Positions 50,709 through 63,643 are shown, counted from the whole stretch's first letter. The stretch: DNA of 63,662 nt, filler included, from Collodictyon triciliatum (GCA_043381765.1; 55 parts of 55 records of this genome joined end to end with filler, not necessarily neighbours in it), one strand, 5' to 3'. Notes: a model not told the origin generated them from the letters alone. Numbers and translations: made by a program.

Positions 50709-50950
50709 GGTGCATATTTTTCGAAGGATTAAAACAACTTTGTTGAGTATATTTATAGCGCTGTGAATGTCCCTTGTCAAGAATATACTTTGTTTGCTTT
50801 CTGACCGATTGCATTATTTACTTATGAGACATCCATATACATTTTTTTAATTTCCATTCAGTTTCATATGTTCCAGTTCTTTTTCGCAGTTGCAGCATAT
50901 CTTGGATGTTCTAAATTCATTTACACAAACTGTTTCAAAATGTTTGGATG
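50700..50950 (-). pseudogene. Fanzor (eukaryotic TnpB) C-terminal remnant, copy 1
   Basis: VCVNEFRTSKICCNCEKEL...*...LISK*C...FLTRDIHSAINIL: RuvC-II glutamate motif, zinc ribbon and RuvC-III RD..A.NI; two in-frame TAA; absent from the ORF track. Confidence 0.85.
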
Positions 50951-51064
50951 GTATTTTTTTTTATNNNNNNNNNNNNNNNNNNNNNNNNNNNNNNNNNNNN
51001 NNNNNNNNTTAATTAATTAANNNNNNNNNNNNNNNNNNNNNNNNNNNNNNNNNNNNNNNNNNNN

Positions 51065-52119
51065 GCGATGTTACTCAATGCAAGGCCGTTTGTGCTTCCA
51101 ATATCGACATCGCCGACATCCGGGCTCAGATTTGCATAGGCGCTTGACGTTCCTACGACTCCATAGCATGTGGACGATGTAAGCTTTACAATACTGAGCG
51201 AATTTGCTTGCATGGTGGCTGTTCCTATGTTATCGATAGCTATCGAGGTCGGGTCATCGCTGGTGTAAGATAGTAGCCCAGTGATGGTGTGAGCCGTTGG
51301 ATGTTTTGTTCCGTCTTGGAATACGGCAGTCGCTTTGATGCTTTGTGTTGATGTTCCGATGATACCAGTGTATGTTGACGGAAATACGGTCGCTAGCGAT
51401 GTTGCGCTTACAGTTTCGTCCACGACAATGATGTCTATTGTAGCTGACGCATCGCCGTATGAGGCTGTGATTGTAGCAGCTCCGAAGTTTGTACCAGTCG
51501 GTTCAAGGATAGTTTTGTCTTTGATTTTGAAAATATTTTGCTGGCTTGTGGGTACAGAGAATACGGTCAGTGATTTTGACGTGATGTCATGCACAGAGTT
51601 GTCAGTCAGTCTCATAGACAATGTCAGCGTCGCTCTTTGATAGACCTGTGTGCATGCATAGCGAGTCAGCTTAGTCAGTGACACTGAGCTGGAGCCTGTG
51701 TATGTCGGATATGGACTGGATGAAACACTCAGTGACACAAATCCAATTACGGTGATGTCCACGCTTCCATGTATATTGGGTGCGCTGTTGACTGTCACTA
51801 CTATCGTCGCGGTTCCGAAGCCATTGCCTGTTGCAACCACATAGACCTCTGTGATGCTGGATGACACTGTTGTCGTCTCAATTTGGATGATGTTGTTTGC
51901 ATCAGCGGTGATGTCGTCATAGTTTGTCCTAGAGTCTAGTGTGTAGTCACTTTGCTGTCCATTCTCAAAAGTGCACATGACCTTCAGATTGCTCTTCGTG
52001 GGTATGCCAACAGTTGTTGATAGGTCATTGGCACTCGTGATTTTAGTGTCTGTGACTGTCACTGTTATTTGAGTAATCTTGGGTAGATTCAAGTTCACGA
52101 GTCCGAGTCCGCTACCAAG
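51065..52119 (-). CDS. Large extracellular Ig-like repeat protein (TMEM132/Big-domain-like), internal fragment
   Basis: Open across the contig, T/S/V-rich beta-sandwich periodicity, YQRATL..MRLTDNSVHDIT and NLSPDVGDVDIG motifs. Confidence 0.55.
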
Positions 52120-52333
52120 GNNNNNNNNNNNNNNNNNNNNNNNNNNNNNNNNNNNNNNNNNNNNTTAATTAATTAANNNNNNNNNNNNNNNNNNNNNNNN
52201 NNNNNNNNNNNNNNNNNNNNAAAAAAGAAAAAAAGAAAAAAAGAAAAAAAGAAAAAAAGAAAAAAAGAAAAAAAAGAAAAAAAGAAAAAAAGAAAAAAAA
52301 GAAAAAAAGAAAAAAAGAAAAAAAGAAAAAAAA

Positions 52334-53274
52334 GAAAAAAAGAAAAAAAAGAAAAGAAAGGCTCAAGACACACGACCAAAAAAACCCACTCTGAAAATAA
52401 TGACTTGCGAAGTGCAGTGCACGATAAGGCACTCAAGATCGGAGCGCGGCAGGTGTTTATGGAGGGCCTGTAGAAAAAGTTTATCACGGATAACATCTTC
52501 CGGGTCATCCAGGCAGAACGCATACGCGAAGCGCTGGTACTTGTTGGAGACGTTGCTGGCGCGGCTGGTGATTGCGTGGTGGCTGGTACACTTCAGGCTC
52601 GCCATCTAAGTGCTGTACCCGATGCTGCGCATCATCGCTCCGTGGTGGCTGCCGGAGTTCTCAGCGTCCTTCCAAGGCCGTCCTACTTACCCATATAGAG
52701 CCCATCCATACTACTATTAATTAGGCGCGACAAGTTTATACCCTTCTTGCCCCTAGAAATAATAGTCAATGCAAGTATATTCACCTTAAGTGAAGTGGGT
52801 TAAAACAGCTACGTAAAAAACAGTGTAGGTTTTATATCATTAGAAGAGATTGAGATGTTATTGACGGGTTTTCATGCTGATATTGTGTTAAGAAGTTTGA
52901 ATATTGAATGGCACACATATAAAACTAATTAGTTCGATTTGACTGAGCGAAAAGATAAGCAGAAAGGTCATTTCATCGCGTCCTATCTGCATGAGCGACG
53001 ACCAAGTAAATTCCCATAATTTGAGAAGGAAATAAGAAAAAAAAATTGGCTGCAAAATGATAAGTATAATGAGTTGCCTGAAAAAAAAAGGGAAACCAAA
53101 CTAGCATATATGCAGGTTTACGATAGGCAAAGAAAGCAAAGGAGACACTGCAGCAAATAGAAGAATGGCGTCATGACCAAGCAATCCGCGCAATGAATCG
53201 AAGAGAACAAGAAAGGCCTGATGAAAGGGTTAGTAGGCTTCATGTTCTAGCCATCAAGTCATAGACGACATAAT
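52334..53274. repeat. Diverged duplicate of 36122-37040
   Basis: Colinear high similarity to the other copy. Confidence 0.9.
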
Positions 53275-53517
53275 NNNNNNNNNNNNNNNNNNNNNNNNNN
53301 NNNNNNNNNNNNNNNNNNTTAATTAATTAANNNNNNNNNNNNNNNNNNNNNNNNNNNNNNNNNNNNNNNNNNNNTTTTTTTAATTTTGAATGGATGAAAA
53401 AAAAAAAAAGAGCATACGAAATTAGAAACAACCATATCCTTTTTCATTTGTGCGTGCGTATGTGTGCTATTTTCTGGGTCTGGGTTGAAGGTGAATGATA
53501 AGCCCATTTCAATCTAC

Positions 53518-53667
53518 CTCGACCGGATGAAATCGTTTATCAAGGATTCTCTCCACAGTGAAAATGTCGTCGCTGAGAGAACTCTCTTTGGAAGTATCCA
53601 GATTTGTCTCGTTGCTGTTTTCCTTCGAAGCCTGATGTTCTGCAAGAAGAGTCACAAGTGTTTCAAA
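53518..53667 (-). CDS. Exon ending in the start of a chromodomain
   Basis: CAG|FETLV...DDIFTVERILDKRFHPVE|GT, 150 nt. Confidence 0.6.
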
Positions 53668-54529
53668 CTGAATCGGTTTATTGATTATTTTGAATTTAGA
53701 TGTACTATGGCCAGGAACTGGCTACTCTATTTTTTCCCCTTCCTATTTCTTCCGTTCTTGTTTTGCTTTCTTTGCATGCTTCAGAATTTGAATCAAAATG
53801 GTGTTATATTACGGATTGGGTTGTCTTAACAGAATGAGCATTTCGTCGAGTTATTAATTACCTTTCGAAGATTTGTTTCCTTTGTCTTTTGCTCTCTGAT
53901 TCTGCAAAGTATAGCGAAAAAAAAAAGAGCAAGATAGTTATGAGTGAACATGGAGACTTTGTTACTAGCAGTTGGCGGTTCGTGCATGAGATATATGAGA
54001 AAATATTTTTTGAGCGAGACGGGCGTGTTTGAGGGTATTTCATGACGAATACTTTGTCATTCTTTTCCCCCGAATTTCGAACTTCGATGGGGAATGAAAT
54101 CACAGTTATTCCGTCTATTATTTGTAAAATATTGTGTTCTCATTAGTCGGATGAGCGGTAAGTCATTTGAGAGAATTCTATTAAAAATCATCAGAAAAAA
54201 AATATCAGCTCTGAATTTTCAGCATGTTTTCAATGTTCAAGGCATCCAATAAAATTGCCCTTTATACAAACCATCTGGCCTGAGAGGATGCTTTTCTACA
54301 TCGTTTTCCTCCCAGTATTGATTATGAAATGAATCGGCAAACGCGTCTAGAGGTAGTCCGTTCGAGTCAATATTTGAAAACGTGTGTGTATCGAAAGATT
54401 TACGAGAGCCGCTCCTTGAATTTCGAGTGNNNNNNNNNNNNNNNNNNNNNNNNNNNNNNNNNNNNNNNNNNNNTTAATTAATTAANNNNNNNNNNNNNNN
54501 NNNNNNNNNNNNNNNNNNNNNNNNNNNNN

Positions 54530-55584
54530 AAGGACTTGGTTGGCGAAGCGCAGTGCGTTGCCCATCTGGATCAGGGAGCGCTCGCCTTCGGGCTTTTCAA
54601 TCAGCTTGCGCAGCGTTCGTTTGGCAATGTGGATTCGGCGCATTTCGTTCATGAGGCTGCTCTGCGAGTTCCTCAGCGGGCCAAGGATGGACTCGTTCAA
54701 CGCATCGAGCTGGGTTGTATTGAAGGTATTAATTTCCTTGTGGAATATGTCATAATTTTTCTTATTTAAAAAACAATGGATAACGCGAGAAAGTTGAGCT
54801 TACCTCCTTCTTCGACTCAGCCTTGAACTGTTTCACTTGTGCTTCAAGTTCTTCGATGAATGCGTCGAGTTCGTTGGCTCTCTTCTGGTGCTGCTCGGCT
54901 TCCTATATGGGTCAGGTTGTTATTGTGATGTCTATGTTGGCAAACTTATATTTTTTTAGACGGAAATAAATTTTTGAAGTATCTAACCTTTCTCATCTTC
55001 AGCTGGATGGATGCAATATTCGGTGCAAGTTTGGTCTCTGACTTGCGGAGCTCTTGGATTTTGGTGACTAGAATAGAATTGGCGTCGAATCCTTGTTGTG
55101 AAAGCTCTATGTGTTTGTCTAAATGTTTGCGGTCTTTGATTACACATTTTGCACATTTCATTGCAGATTCGGGGCAGTATGGGCAGAAGTATTCAATTGG
55201 AAAGCTCTTGTGGATAGAGCAGTTATCCGTTTCCTTTGCACTGGGTACGGCTCCAAAGTCGAGTTCACTGAACGAAAGGGAATGTGTGAATTTTTTTAGT
55301 TTGTAATCGAAGCAATAATTTGAATCACTATAACGCATCAGAAATAACTAAAAATAAATATTACTTGAGGACATGTCGCACATCGCTTGCTGTGGTTTTC
55401 CCAGCCTCAAGGCCGGCGTTCATGCCTCCCAGAGAGGCCGCATCATACTCATACGCTTTTAACTCACCAATCGTGTTCCCATCCACGTAGGCTGGCTCGG
55501 CGCATAGCGGGCATCGAAGCGGTGGCTCCTCGTTTGAGTCGGTGACTGTCTTTATGCAGCCGGAGCAGAATGTGTGTTGGCATG
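54530..55584 (-). CDS. TRIM-like RING / B-box / coiled-coil protein, multi-exon
   Basis: CQHTFCSGC...CPLC (RING), CSIH...YFCPYC...CAKC...H (B-box), then coiled-coil exons. Confidence 0.8.
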
Positions 55585-56839
55585 NNNNNNNNNNNNNNNN
55601 NNNNNNNNNNNNNNNNNNNNNNNNNNNNTTAATTAATTAANNNNNNNNNNNNNNNNNNNNNNNNNNNNNNNNNNNNNNNNNNNNAGAGAAAGAGAGAAAG
55701 AGAGAAAGAGAGAAAGAGAGAAAGAGAGAAAGAGAGAAAGAGAGAAAGAGAGAAAGAGAGAAAGAGAGAAAGAGAGAAAAAGAAAAGTAAAGAATAGAAA
55801 AGAAAAACATTGAGGCGAGGAAGGGGCGCGTCCGAATTTGCATACGTGTCCATTTTCAATTAAAAAAAGAAACAAGATTAGTTCAGAGTGGCCACGATCA
55901 ACAACGCGCAAGAAGAAAAATGAAATGTGAATGCCAGCCGGGTGTGGGGATCCAATGGCATTCATAGCAAGCAAGTCTGGGCGAAAGCGGGGTGTAGAGT
56001 GTTGGATCTCGTCCAGGGGCGAGTGGGGAAAATTAGCGGAAAACAAGGAGAAAATAAACTCCGCCCGAATCCACGCGAAGGCCGCGTGGTCAAGAATGAA
56101 ATCGGCGAAGGTATTGTTTGTTGCCCTCAGAGAGGAAAAATGGGGGAAAATCGGCGGCACAGACAGCTCATCACCATTGTTTCTCGGAAGACGCAACACA
56201 ATCGCCTTTACGAAACTAAGAAACTGTCGGGTGTGTTTATATACAGGCAAAGGCTTACTTTTCTCTTTTGGAATAGAATATTCCGAAGCCCCGGCAAATC
56301 TAAGAATGTTCTGCTAGCATAATATCTATATCTGGGATTTATAGTATTATGCTTTTATGTATAATTTATATAAATTATAATTTGCATTTTTGTCGTATTA
56401 CCAAGTACGTATTGGCCACTTAACAATCTACATGTGCTACAGGCTCTCCTGGCTGAAGATCGCATGAGCTCTCCATTTATTACCACACAAAGGGCAGTGC
56501 GCTGGTTAGTATCTGTTATTGCAGCGCAGTTGATATTGGAAATTATTAGTATCCCTATTATTCCTTGAATAAAATAAAGGGAAAAAAATAATAATTAGTT
56601 ACCTGTTTTATGTCTTTGATCCCTTTTTTTTTTTTTTACTATGTGACAATTATTCTCATTCTTCGGCAAAAAAGCATAATCTACCGCTAATTGTGGAGCC
56701 AGCCCGGGCAACAAAAAAAACAAAAAAACAAAAAAAACANNNNNNNNNNNNNNNNNNNNNNNNNNNNNNNNNNNNNNNNNNNNTTAATTAATTAANNNNN
56801 NNNNNNNNNNNNNNNNNNNNNNNNNNNNNNNNNNNNNNN

Positions 56840-56896
<57 letters not shown>

Positions 56897-57638
56897 TCTT
56901 TGGGGGGTAGACTATTATTGCCTTTCAATTCAATGTACGCAAAACCGAACTCATTTTAAAATAAAAATTACATGTATTAAGGGTGCGAAATGGAATCTGG
57001 ACCCTCTGCAGGAGGCCAAGTCAAATCTCGGTATGAAGTCAAATATTTTTGTTGAATTTAGCTAGCTAGCTAGATTTCCTCCTTTTTGTCGTTCCTTATC
57101 ATTCGATTTAACTCCCTGCTGTGTTTATTTGCCTTGTAAAAATTTTAATTTTTCTATGGCATATCTTGACTCAAGGCATTATTTTTGACCGCATCCTTCA
57201 TTGAAATCCAAATAGAGGCGCTCGGTAAGAGGAAGCAGGATATTTCTGAGTCGTCCATGAAAAAGGTGAAATCAGCGACATCCCCTCCAGGTGCATTTCA
57301 AATCATGGGTTACTACCCAATATTTTCGCGTGTTTGTATGTGTGCTATTTCATACTGCAGCGATTGGAAAATAAGCGATGAGACAATTTATTATGAACTT
57401 CTCTAAAAAAAAATGACCTCACAAGATGCTCCAATTCCATCTGCATTACCTGGCACATGCGAGGTTTGCCACAAAGGATTTGATTTTCTTTTCTCGTTTT
57501 TCATCAATAATTTAATAAAATACCAGAAACATGTGCTTCTTTCTTCTTTATTGCTATCATTACTGGCTGCCGTTTGGCCTTCGTACAATTTCCTTGAGAT
57601 AGGTACAAGTTTCTGAATGTTAGCCTGTTGATATTCAG

Positions 57639-57737
57639 GTTGACTCTCAATCAAATTTGGAGAAGGTTATTACGGAAGAAATGAAAGGAGCGCTTCATTT
57701 TCAAGTTATTCGCAACGATGGGAAACCCAACAGTCTT
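57639..57737 (+). CDS. GCN5: Probable GCN5 histone acetyltransferase exon (start of HAT domain)
   Basis: EEMKGALHFQVIRNDGKPNSL between CAG and GTGAGT matches the EExxGxIxFxVxxND lead-in of GCN5. Confidence 0.5.
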
Positions 57738-58204
57738 GTGAGTGACCGATTCAGCATTTAGTAAAATCCGCATTTGCCTTTCTTTTTTTATATTGTATTC
57801 TATTGTATTCTATTGTATTCTATTGTATTCTATTGTATTCTATTGTATTCTATTGTATTCTATTGTATTCTATTGTATTCTATTGTATTCTATTNNNNNN
57901 NNNNNNNNNNNNNNNNNNNNNNNNNNNNNNNNNNNNNNTTAATTAATTAANNNNNNNNNNNNNNNNNNNNNNNNNNNNNNNNNNNNNNNNNNNNTATTCA
58001 TCATTATATTCATCATTATATTCATCATTATATTCATCATTATATTCATCATTATATTCATCATTATATTCATCATTATATTCATCATTATATTCATCAT
58101 TATTAATACATGTTACATTAAAAGAATTCCAAAAACACAACGTTTGCATCCTCCTTAATTCAAAATTTTGTAGCTAAATGATGATGATTGTATGAAAATA
58201 TTAC

Positions 58205-59038
58205 AGAGGACCCTTGCTCCGTGGCAATTTCCTTCAATGTTTTAAATACACCTAGAAATTATTTTATTTTTCAAATATATTTGAAATTTTTTTTGAAAGA
58301 AAGACAAATGATTGATACTAGGGGCAGCCATACCAGCTGCAGTCAATGGTTTTGGTTGCAACATCATTTTTTGAGTCAATCGACTCTCCTACGAGTGATG
58401 GAACATGGGATTTAGGCTATTAAATTTACTTTACAATATAGCTGAACAAAGAATCGCTCTTGTAAAACGAACCTGTGCAATCTTTCCTAAATCACCAACA
58501 TCCTTGAACATCGCTTTTAGCGTTCCAACATCTACATCAGAAGTAAATTACTAAACATTTTTAAATAAATTAATGATTTTTTTATTAAACGAGCTATTTA
58601 CTCATGCTGATTTTGAAGTAAATGTCTTACTTCGTCCAGTCGCCTCGGCAATAACGTTCATCAATGTCGCATCAGCTATACCAAGCTCAATTCCAGCATA
58701 TGACGGCGCAACCTAGTAATTCAAACGTTTTAGTAAGATAAGCTTTGTTGGCTTGGTTGTTAGTAGTAAATTATATCAGGAGTGTTGTTATTTTTGAAAT
58801 CTAATCAATTCGTTAGTATTGATACCAATAGCTAAGATTGTGTCAAGGATTCATAAAAAAAGAAAAACGAGAAAAACCAAAAAAACCCCATCGAAAAAGA
58901 AGCAGATTACAGAAAAAAATGTGGATAATGGGATATTATACCTGGCTAGTAGAAAGATAGACACATGGAAGTAAATCCTCAGGAGTCAAGGCAATTACTC
59001 TGCGATAAAACTCACGCGCTATCTCAACAATTTTCAAT
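58205..59038 (-). CDS. LIG1: DNA ligase I DNA-binding domain, five exons
   Basis: [25 protein letters not shown]...[29 protein letters not shown]. Confidence 0.9.
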
Positions 59039-59148
59039 CTGTTGGGATNNNNNNNNNNNNNNNNNNNNNNNNNNNNNNNNNNNNNNNNNNNNTTAATTAA
59101 TTAANNNNNNNNNNNNNNNNNNNNNNNNNNNNNNNNNNNNNNNNNNNN

Positions 59149-59241
<93 letters not shown>

Positions 59242-59258
59242 GATGTTTCCTTTTATTA

Positions 59259-59456
59259 TTGTTGAAATACGTAGAAATGCATCTCTGCCCCAGCGCGAGA
59301 GAGAATGTAAACAAACTATTCTTGACAAGGGACTTTAACAGCGCTAAAAATATACTCAGCAAAGTTCTTTTAACCCTTCAAAATATGCCTACATCTTCCT
59401 CTAAAAAACAGGTTGTCGGGTCTTTCTTGACAGCCTTCACCACTAAAAGAACATAG
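59259..59456 (+). pseudogene. Fanzor C-terminal remnant, copy 2
   Basis: LFLTRDFNSAKNILSKV (RuvC-III); nucleotide similarity to copy 1 from about 59310 onward. Confidence 0.75.
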
Positions 59457-59533
59457 TGAAAAAAGTGGTTAGACCTTGGATACTAGCGCACCAGGTTTAC
59501 CCATCTTTCAATTGGTATACATCTTCCAGTATA
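59396..59533 (+). ncRNA. Candidate Fanzor omegaRNA scaffold / element right end, copy 2
   Basis: Conserved with 50573-50708(-); substitutions in hairpin 1 retain base pairing. Confidence 0.65.
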
Positions 59534-61481
59534 AGACATAATATGCCATGCTCTTCGGTCGCGCACCAACCGGCCGGAACATGCGACCTTTTGCAACTTA
59601 AGCCCCACGAACCTTTCTTTTTTTGGTAGCCCAAATTTTGAAGGTTCCAAATAAATTCCACAACAATAAAATACGGTATTAATAGTACCGTTACTATTCC
59701 TTCCGCGAAAGTGAGTTGGCAAACATGTCGGATTTCTGGTAATTGAAACGACAGAGCTTGAAAAGTGCCAGCGTATTGCCAGAGCCCTGCCTGCACAAAC
59801 TAAAGGGGCTCGGATCAAGGGAAAGAAACGAAATATTCACTTAAAGGCCTCAAGATTAGTCACGCACCCACAAGGACAGGCCACACGCTGCGCAAGAAAA
59901 GACAAGGAGGTAGGAGAGAGACGAGCACAGAAGAAACGAAGCAAAAATCCACGATGTTCAGCTTTTCTGGTATTACTAAAAGCAAGAAAGGTATCCGCAT
60001 CTTGTGTCAGGTTAGTCTGTGTGTTTTAAAAGGGTGTGGAACATCGCAAAGCACCAGTATTAACAGTTTATTTTATTTTATGTTTATTTATTTATTTGTT
60101 TGTTTATTTTTGTTTGTTTGTTTGTTTGTTTGTTTGTTTGTTTGTTTGTTTGTTTGTTTGTTTGTTTGTTTGTTTGTTTGTTTGTTTGTTTGTTTGTTTG
60201 TTNNNNNNNNNNNNNNNNNNNNNNNNNNNNNNNNNNNNNNNNNNNNTTAATTAATTAANNNNNNNNNNNNNNNNNNNNNNNNNNNNNNNNNNNNNNNNNN
60301 NNTCTTTTTTCTTTTTTCTTTTTTTTTTTTTCTTTTTTCTTTTTCTTTTTCTTTTTTCTTTTTTCTTTTTTCTTTTTTTCTTTTTTTCTTTTTTTCTTTT
60401 TTTCTTTTTTTCTTTTTTTCTCTTTTTCTTTTTTCTGGAATGGTTTGAAATGGATTGAAGCGGTGGAAGGCAAGCGCGCAGAAGCAAAACAGGTGGCAAT
60501 AGGCCCACTTCTGCCTTGTATTGACCGTCGATGATAATACAACAGCAGACCCAGTTGTCCTGTCTAAAAACCACTTGAGGATGCAGGATGTGTTGAGGCC
60601 ACTCGAGTGGGCCAGCTCGACCTTCTCCTTGGCGGATGTTTCGGCGGTAATGCTGATGCTGATGGGTTGAGCATAGCCTTCGTTCCTATGTGCCAACAAA
60701 AAGGTGTGCCTTGCTCAGCCGCTGAGAGACAATTCTCAAAGAGGCACGTTGTGCAGAGAGGCACTTGTTGGGCTCAGTGCGGAAGAAAAGAACGTCCGCC
60801 AATGCGCGGCCTTATGCGTTCTGTTTGCTTTTGAGGTAGCACCCGTTTCTCGTCTCTTCGTGTTTCTTAATTTCTGTTGATACGCCCACCATCACCCCAC
60901 CAACGTCGCTGAGGAATGCGGTGTGATAGTGTGTCTGAAGGGATTGAGGATTTGTTTATCAACCACAGCTTCTTGACTTTATCACTGTAGATGCTCGTGC
61001 GTCTTTGGTTGATTAAACTCTGCAACGATGTAGGGAAAGAATATGTGACGTCGGGCGCATGATTCGTTTGTGTCATGTGCGTTTTACTTGGGTGGCTAGC
61101 ATGTGGCTTGCTGTGGCAATTCTTTCTGGCGTGGAGACTCAACCACATTAAGCAAAAAACTATGCAAACAGAAGGTGGCCAACTTTTTTTCATCATTGAA
61201 GATGCATGTGTCATTCTTCTGCTTACATACATGATTCTGCTCATTGTTTTATTGTTTTTTTATTGTTTTTTATTGTTTTTTATTGTTTTTTATTGTTTTT
61301 TATTGTTTTTTATTGTTTTTTATTGTTTTTTATTGTTTTTTATTGTTTTTTATTGTNNNNNNNNNNNNNNNNNNNNNNNNNNNNNNNNNNNNNNNNNNNN
61401 TTAATTAATTAANNNNNNNNNNNNNNNNNNNNNNNNNNNNNNNNNNNNNNNNNNNNTCTTTTTTTTTTAAAAAAAAAAAAC

Positions 61482-62005
61482 CTGCGCATCGAACCATTGC
61501 TTTTGATTTTCTGCTAATAATCCATGTCCGTCATATTCTTTCTGAATCTGCATCATCAAAAAAAATGGTGATTATTCCTTAAATAATCATTGTTACAAAT
61601 ATTTATATTATCTACCTGATGGAAGTTATCGACGACCACTGAAACAAATAGGTTTGTCACAAAAAATCCACCGAATACGATAAATGCTACAAAATATAGG
61701 ACCATGGCGGGATTATTGTCACGTATGGGCTGTTTCCCCACCTATTTAGATTAAATCATCATGAGGTAAACGAAAATATCCAAGAAATGTATACATTATG
61801 ATGTTTTCAGTGAGTTAAAAGTTCCGATTAAGAGTATTTGAAACGATAACATCTAATGGCCATTAAAAAAAACCCCAGCAGAATCCACCGCGAAGTACAT
61901 TATAGTGACCCAGTTGTCAAAAGTTGACATGACAAAAAGGGTCTTCATTGCATCAGGGACCGTATCAAAATGCAAATACTGATTCTTCCAGACTCTTTCC
62001 TCCAT
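61482..62005 (-). CDS. Four-domain voltage-gated Ca2+/Na+ channel, repeat III pore, S6 and III-IV linker
   Basis: HFDTVPDAMKTLFVMSTFDNW..IMYFAVDS; YFVAFIVFGGFFVTNLFVSVVVDNF; LLAENQKQW. Confidence 0.9.
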
Positions 62006-62609
62006 CTGATGTAAAGAATTAACTTCAGATGTAGAAGAAAATAGAAAAAAAAAAAAAGGAAAAAAGGAACATGCACTAGTCAATTTTAAAAAAAGTATTT
62101 CTGTAAGGAGGAATATAGTAAATGTAATTACCATTCCTGTCTTATCGACGAACAAGCCGACGCACTGCTCCACCGAAAAAACGTCTGAAACGTATTGTAT
62201 AAGAACAATGCGTGGTTTATACAGAGGAGGGATATCTTCCTTGAAAGTAAGGTAGAGGGGAAAAAAACTCACTGGAGTCAGTGCAGTAATTAAATTCGCC
62301 CCCAAATAACTGTACTCCAAGAATCGCAAACATGAGCCAAAATAAAAATGATAATATCATGATATTCAAAAACGATGGTATTGATAAAATAATGGCGTTG
62401 ACGACAATCTGTCAGAATTTTGATGGTTGTTTAGCTTGGGTGTAATAATTTTCATAAGCAGCGATTTAATTTCTTTCTTTTTTTTTTTTTAAAAAAAAAA
62501 TAGCTCAATNNNNNNNNNNNNNNNNNNNNNNNNNNNNNNNNNNNNNNNNNNNNTTAATTAATTAANNNNNNNNNNNNNNNNNNNNNNNNNNNNNNNNNNN
62601 NNNNNNNNN

Positions 62610-63643
62610 CACTTGTTGTGTATGCTTCATCCTTAAAGTATCGCTCTTTGATGGATTGTGTCAGCAGCTGGTGAGAGAACGCGTATCTAATAAAGATATT
62701 GTGATTAGCAATGACGACAATTAAGAAACATATGAATACCCGTATCACCTCCCGTTCCTCACAAAGAGCGAATCCAGCAAGACAAAAAGAAACGATTTCC
62801 TAAAATAAAAAATACGATTTATCAAAAGTGATAAATATGAATTATATGACAGGTATCGATATACCAGGTTGCATGGTTGATTTGCATATGAGTTTGGTTA
62901 AGTCGATGCTCCATGTATTTGTCCAGCTCGTTTTCATCAAGACCAATGCGCGACACATAAAGAACACTGATGGACAGGCGGACAATATCTTTGCCTAAAA
63001 TTATATATAAATCAATAAACCCATATTTAAAACACTTTCAGATGTATCACAAAACCGTATTTCTTTTCCCAGCGACTCATCACAAGGTCGAACAAATTGA
63101 CAACTCCCTTTGTCTCCAGCATCTCAAGAAGCTCAGTGTCTACTCTTTCGTACACTCCAAAAACACGGAGCTCATCCAGCACAATGCGCAGGTAGAGTGG
63201 ATGACCTGGTCTCGTATTCATCATTCATTATGATATTTATACTAAAAATAAAATATAAAAATATTCGGAATCATTAGCTATAATCACCAGTATCGTCACG
63301 GTCACTCAGTATCATCTCCATCTGTTTCTCGTTCAAGGTCTTGTTGTAGCGCTTGAAAAACGAGGTGGCTGCTTGCCTGATTCCGGCATCATCAAGCTTT
63401 GATACAGGAATGACATCTAGCCCTGCTGACTTGGCAACCTATTCAAAAGCGATTGGATTAATTCAAGCATATTATATCCTCAAAATAAACAACAAACATC
63501 GCATGATTCGTGGGTGTCGATGGTTGATGCGACGATGGAAGTGTTCTTTGGTGTCTTTTTGGGAAGCCATTCAAGGCGGTGGACGTGCTTGTTTTGCTCT
63601 GAATTGACCAACTGGTTGAATGCATCGATGACCAAGACAACCT
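62610..63643 (-). CDS. NACHT-type STAND NTPase (NPHP3/TEP1-like), multi-exon
   Basis: VVLVIDAFNQL (Walker B), LEWLP, YNKTL, HPLYLRIVLDELRVFG, SRIGLDENEL, YAFSHQLL. Confidence 0.85.

Noticed and set aside
50810-50855. Stop-codon reassignment explaining in-frame TAA in the Fanzor remnant
   Set aside because: CHMP5, myotubularin and the viral genes end in TAA, and conserved exons have no internal stops; decay is the simpler explanation.
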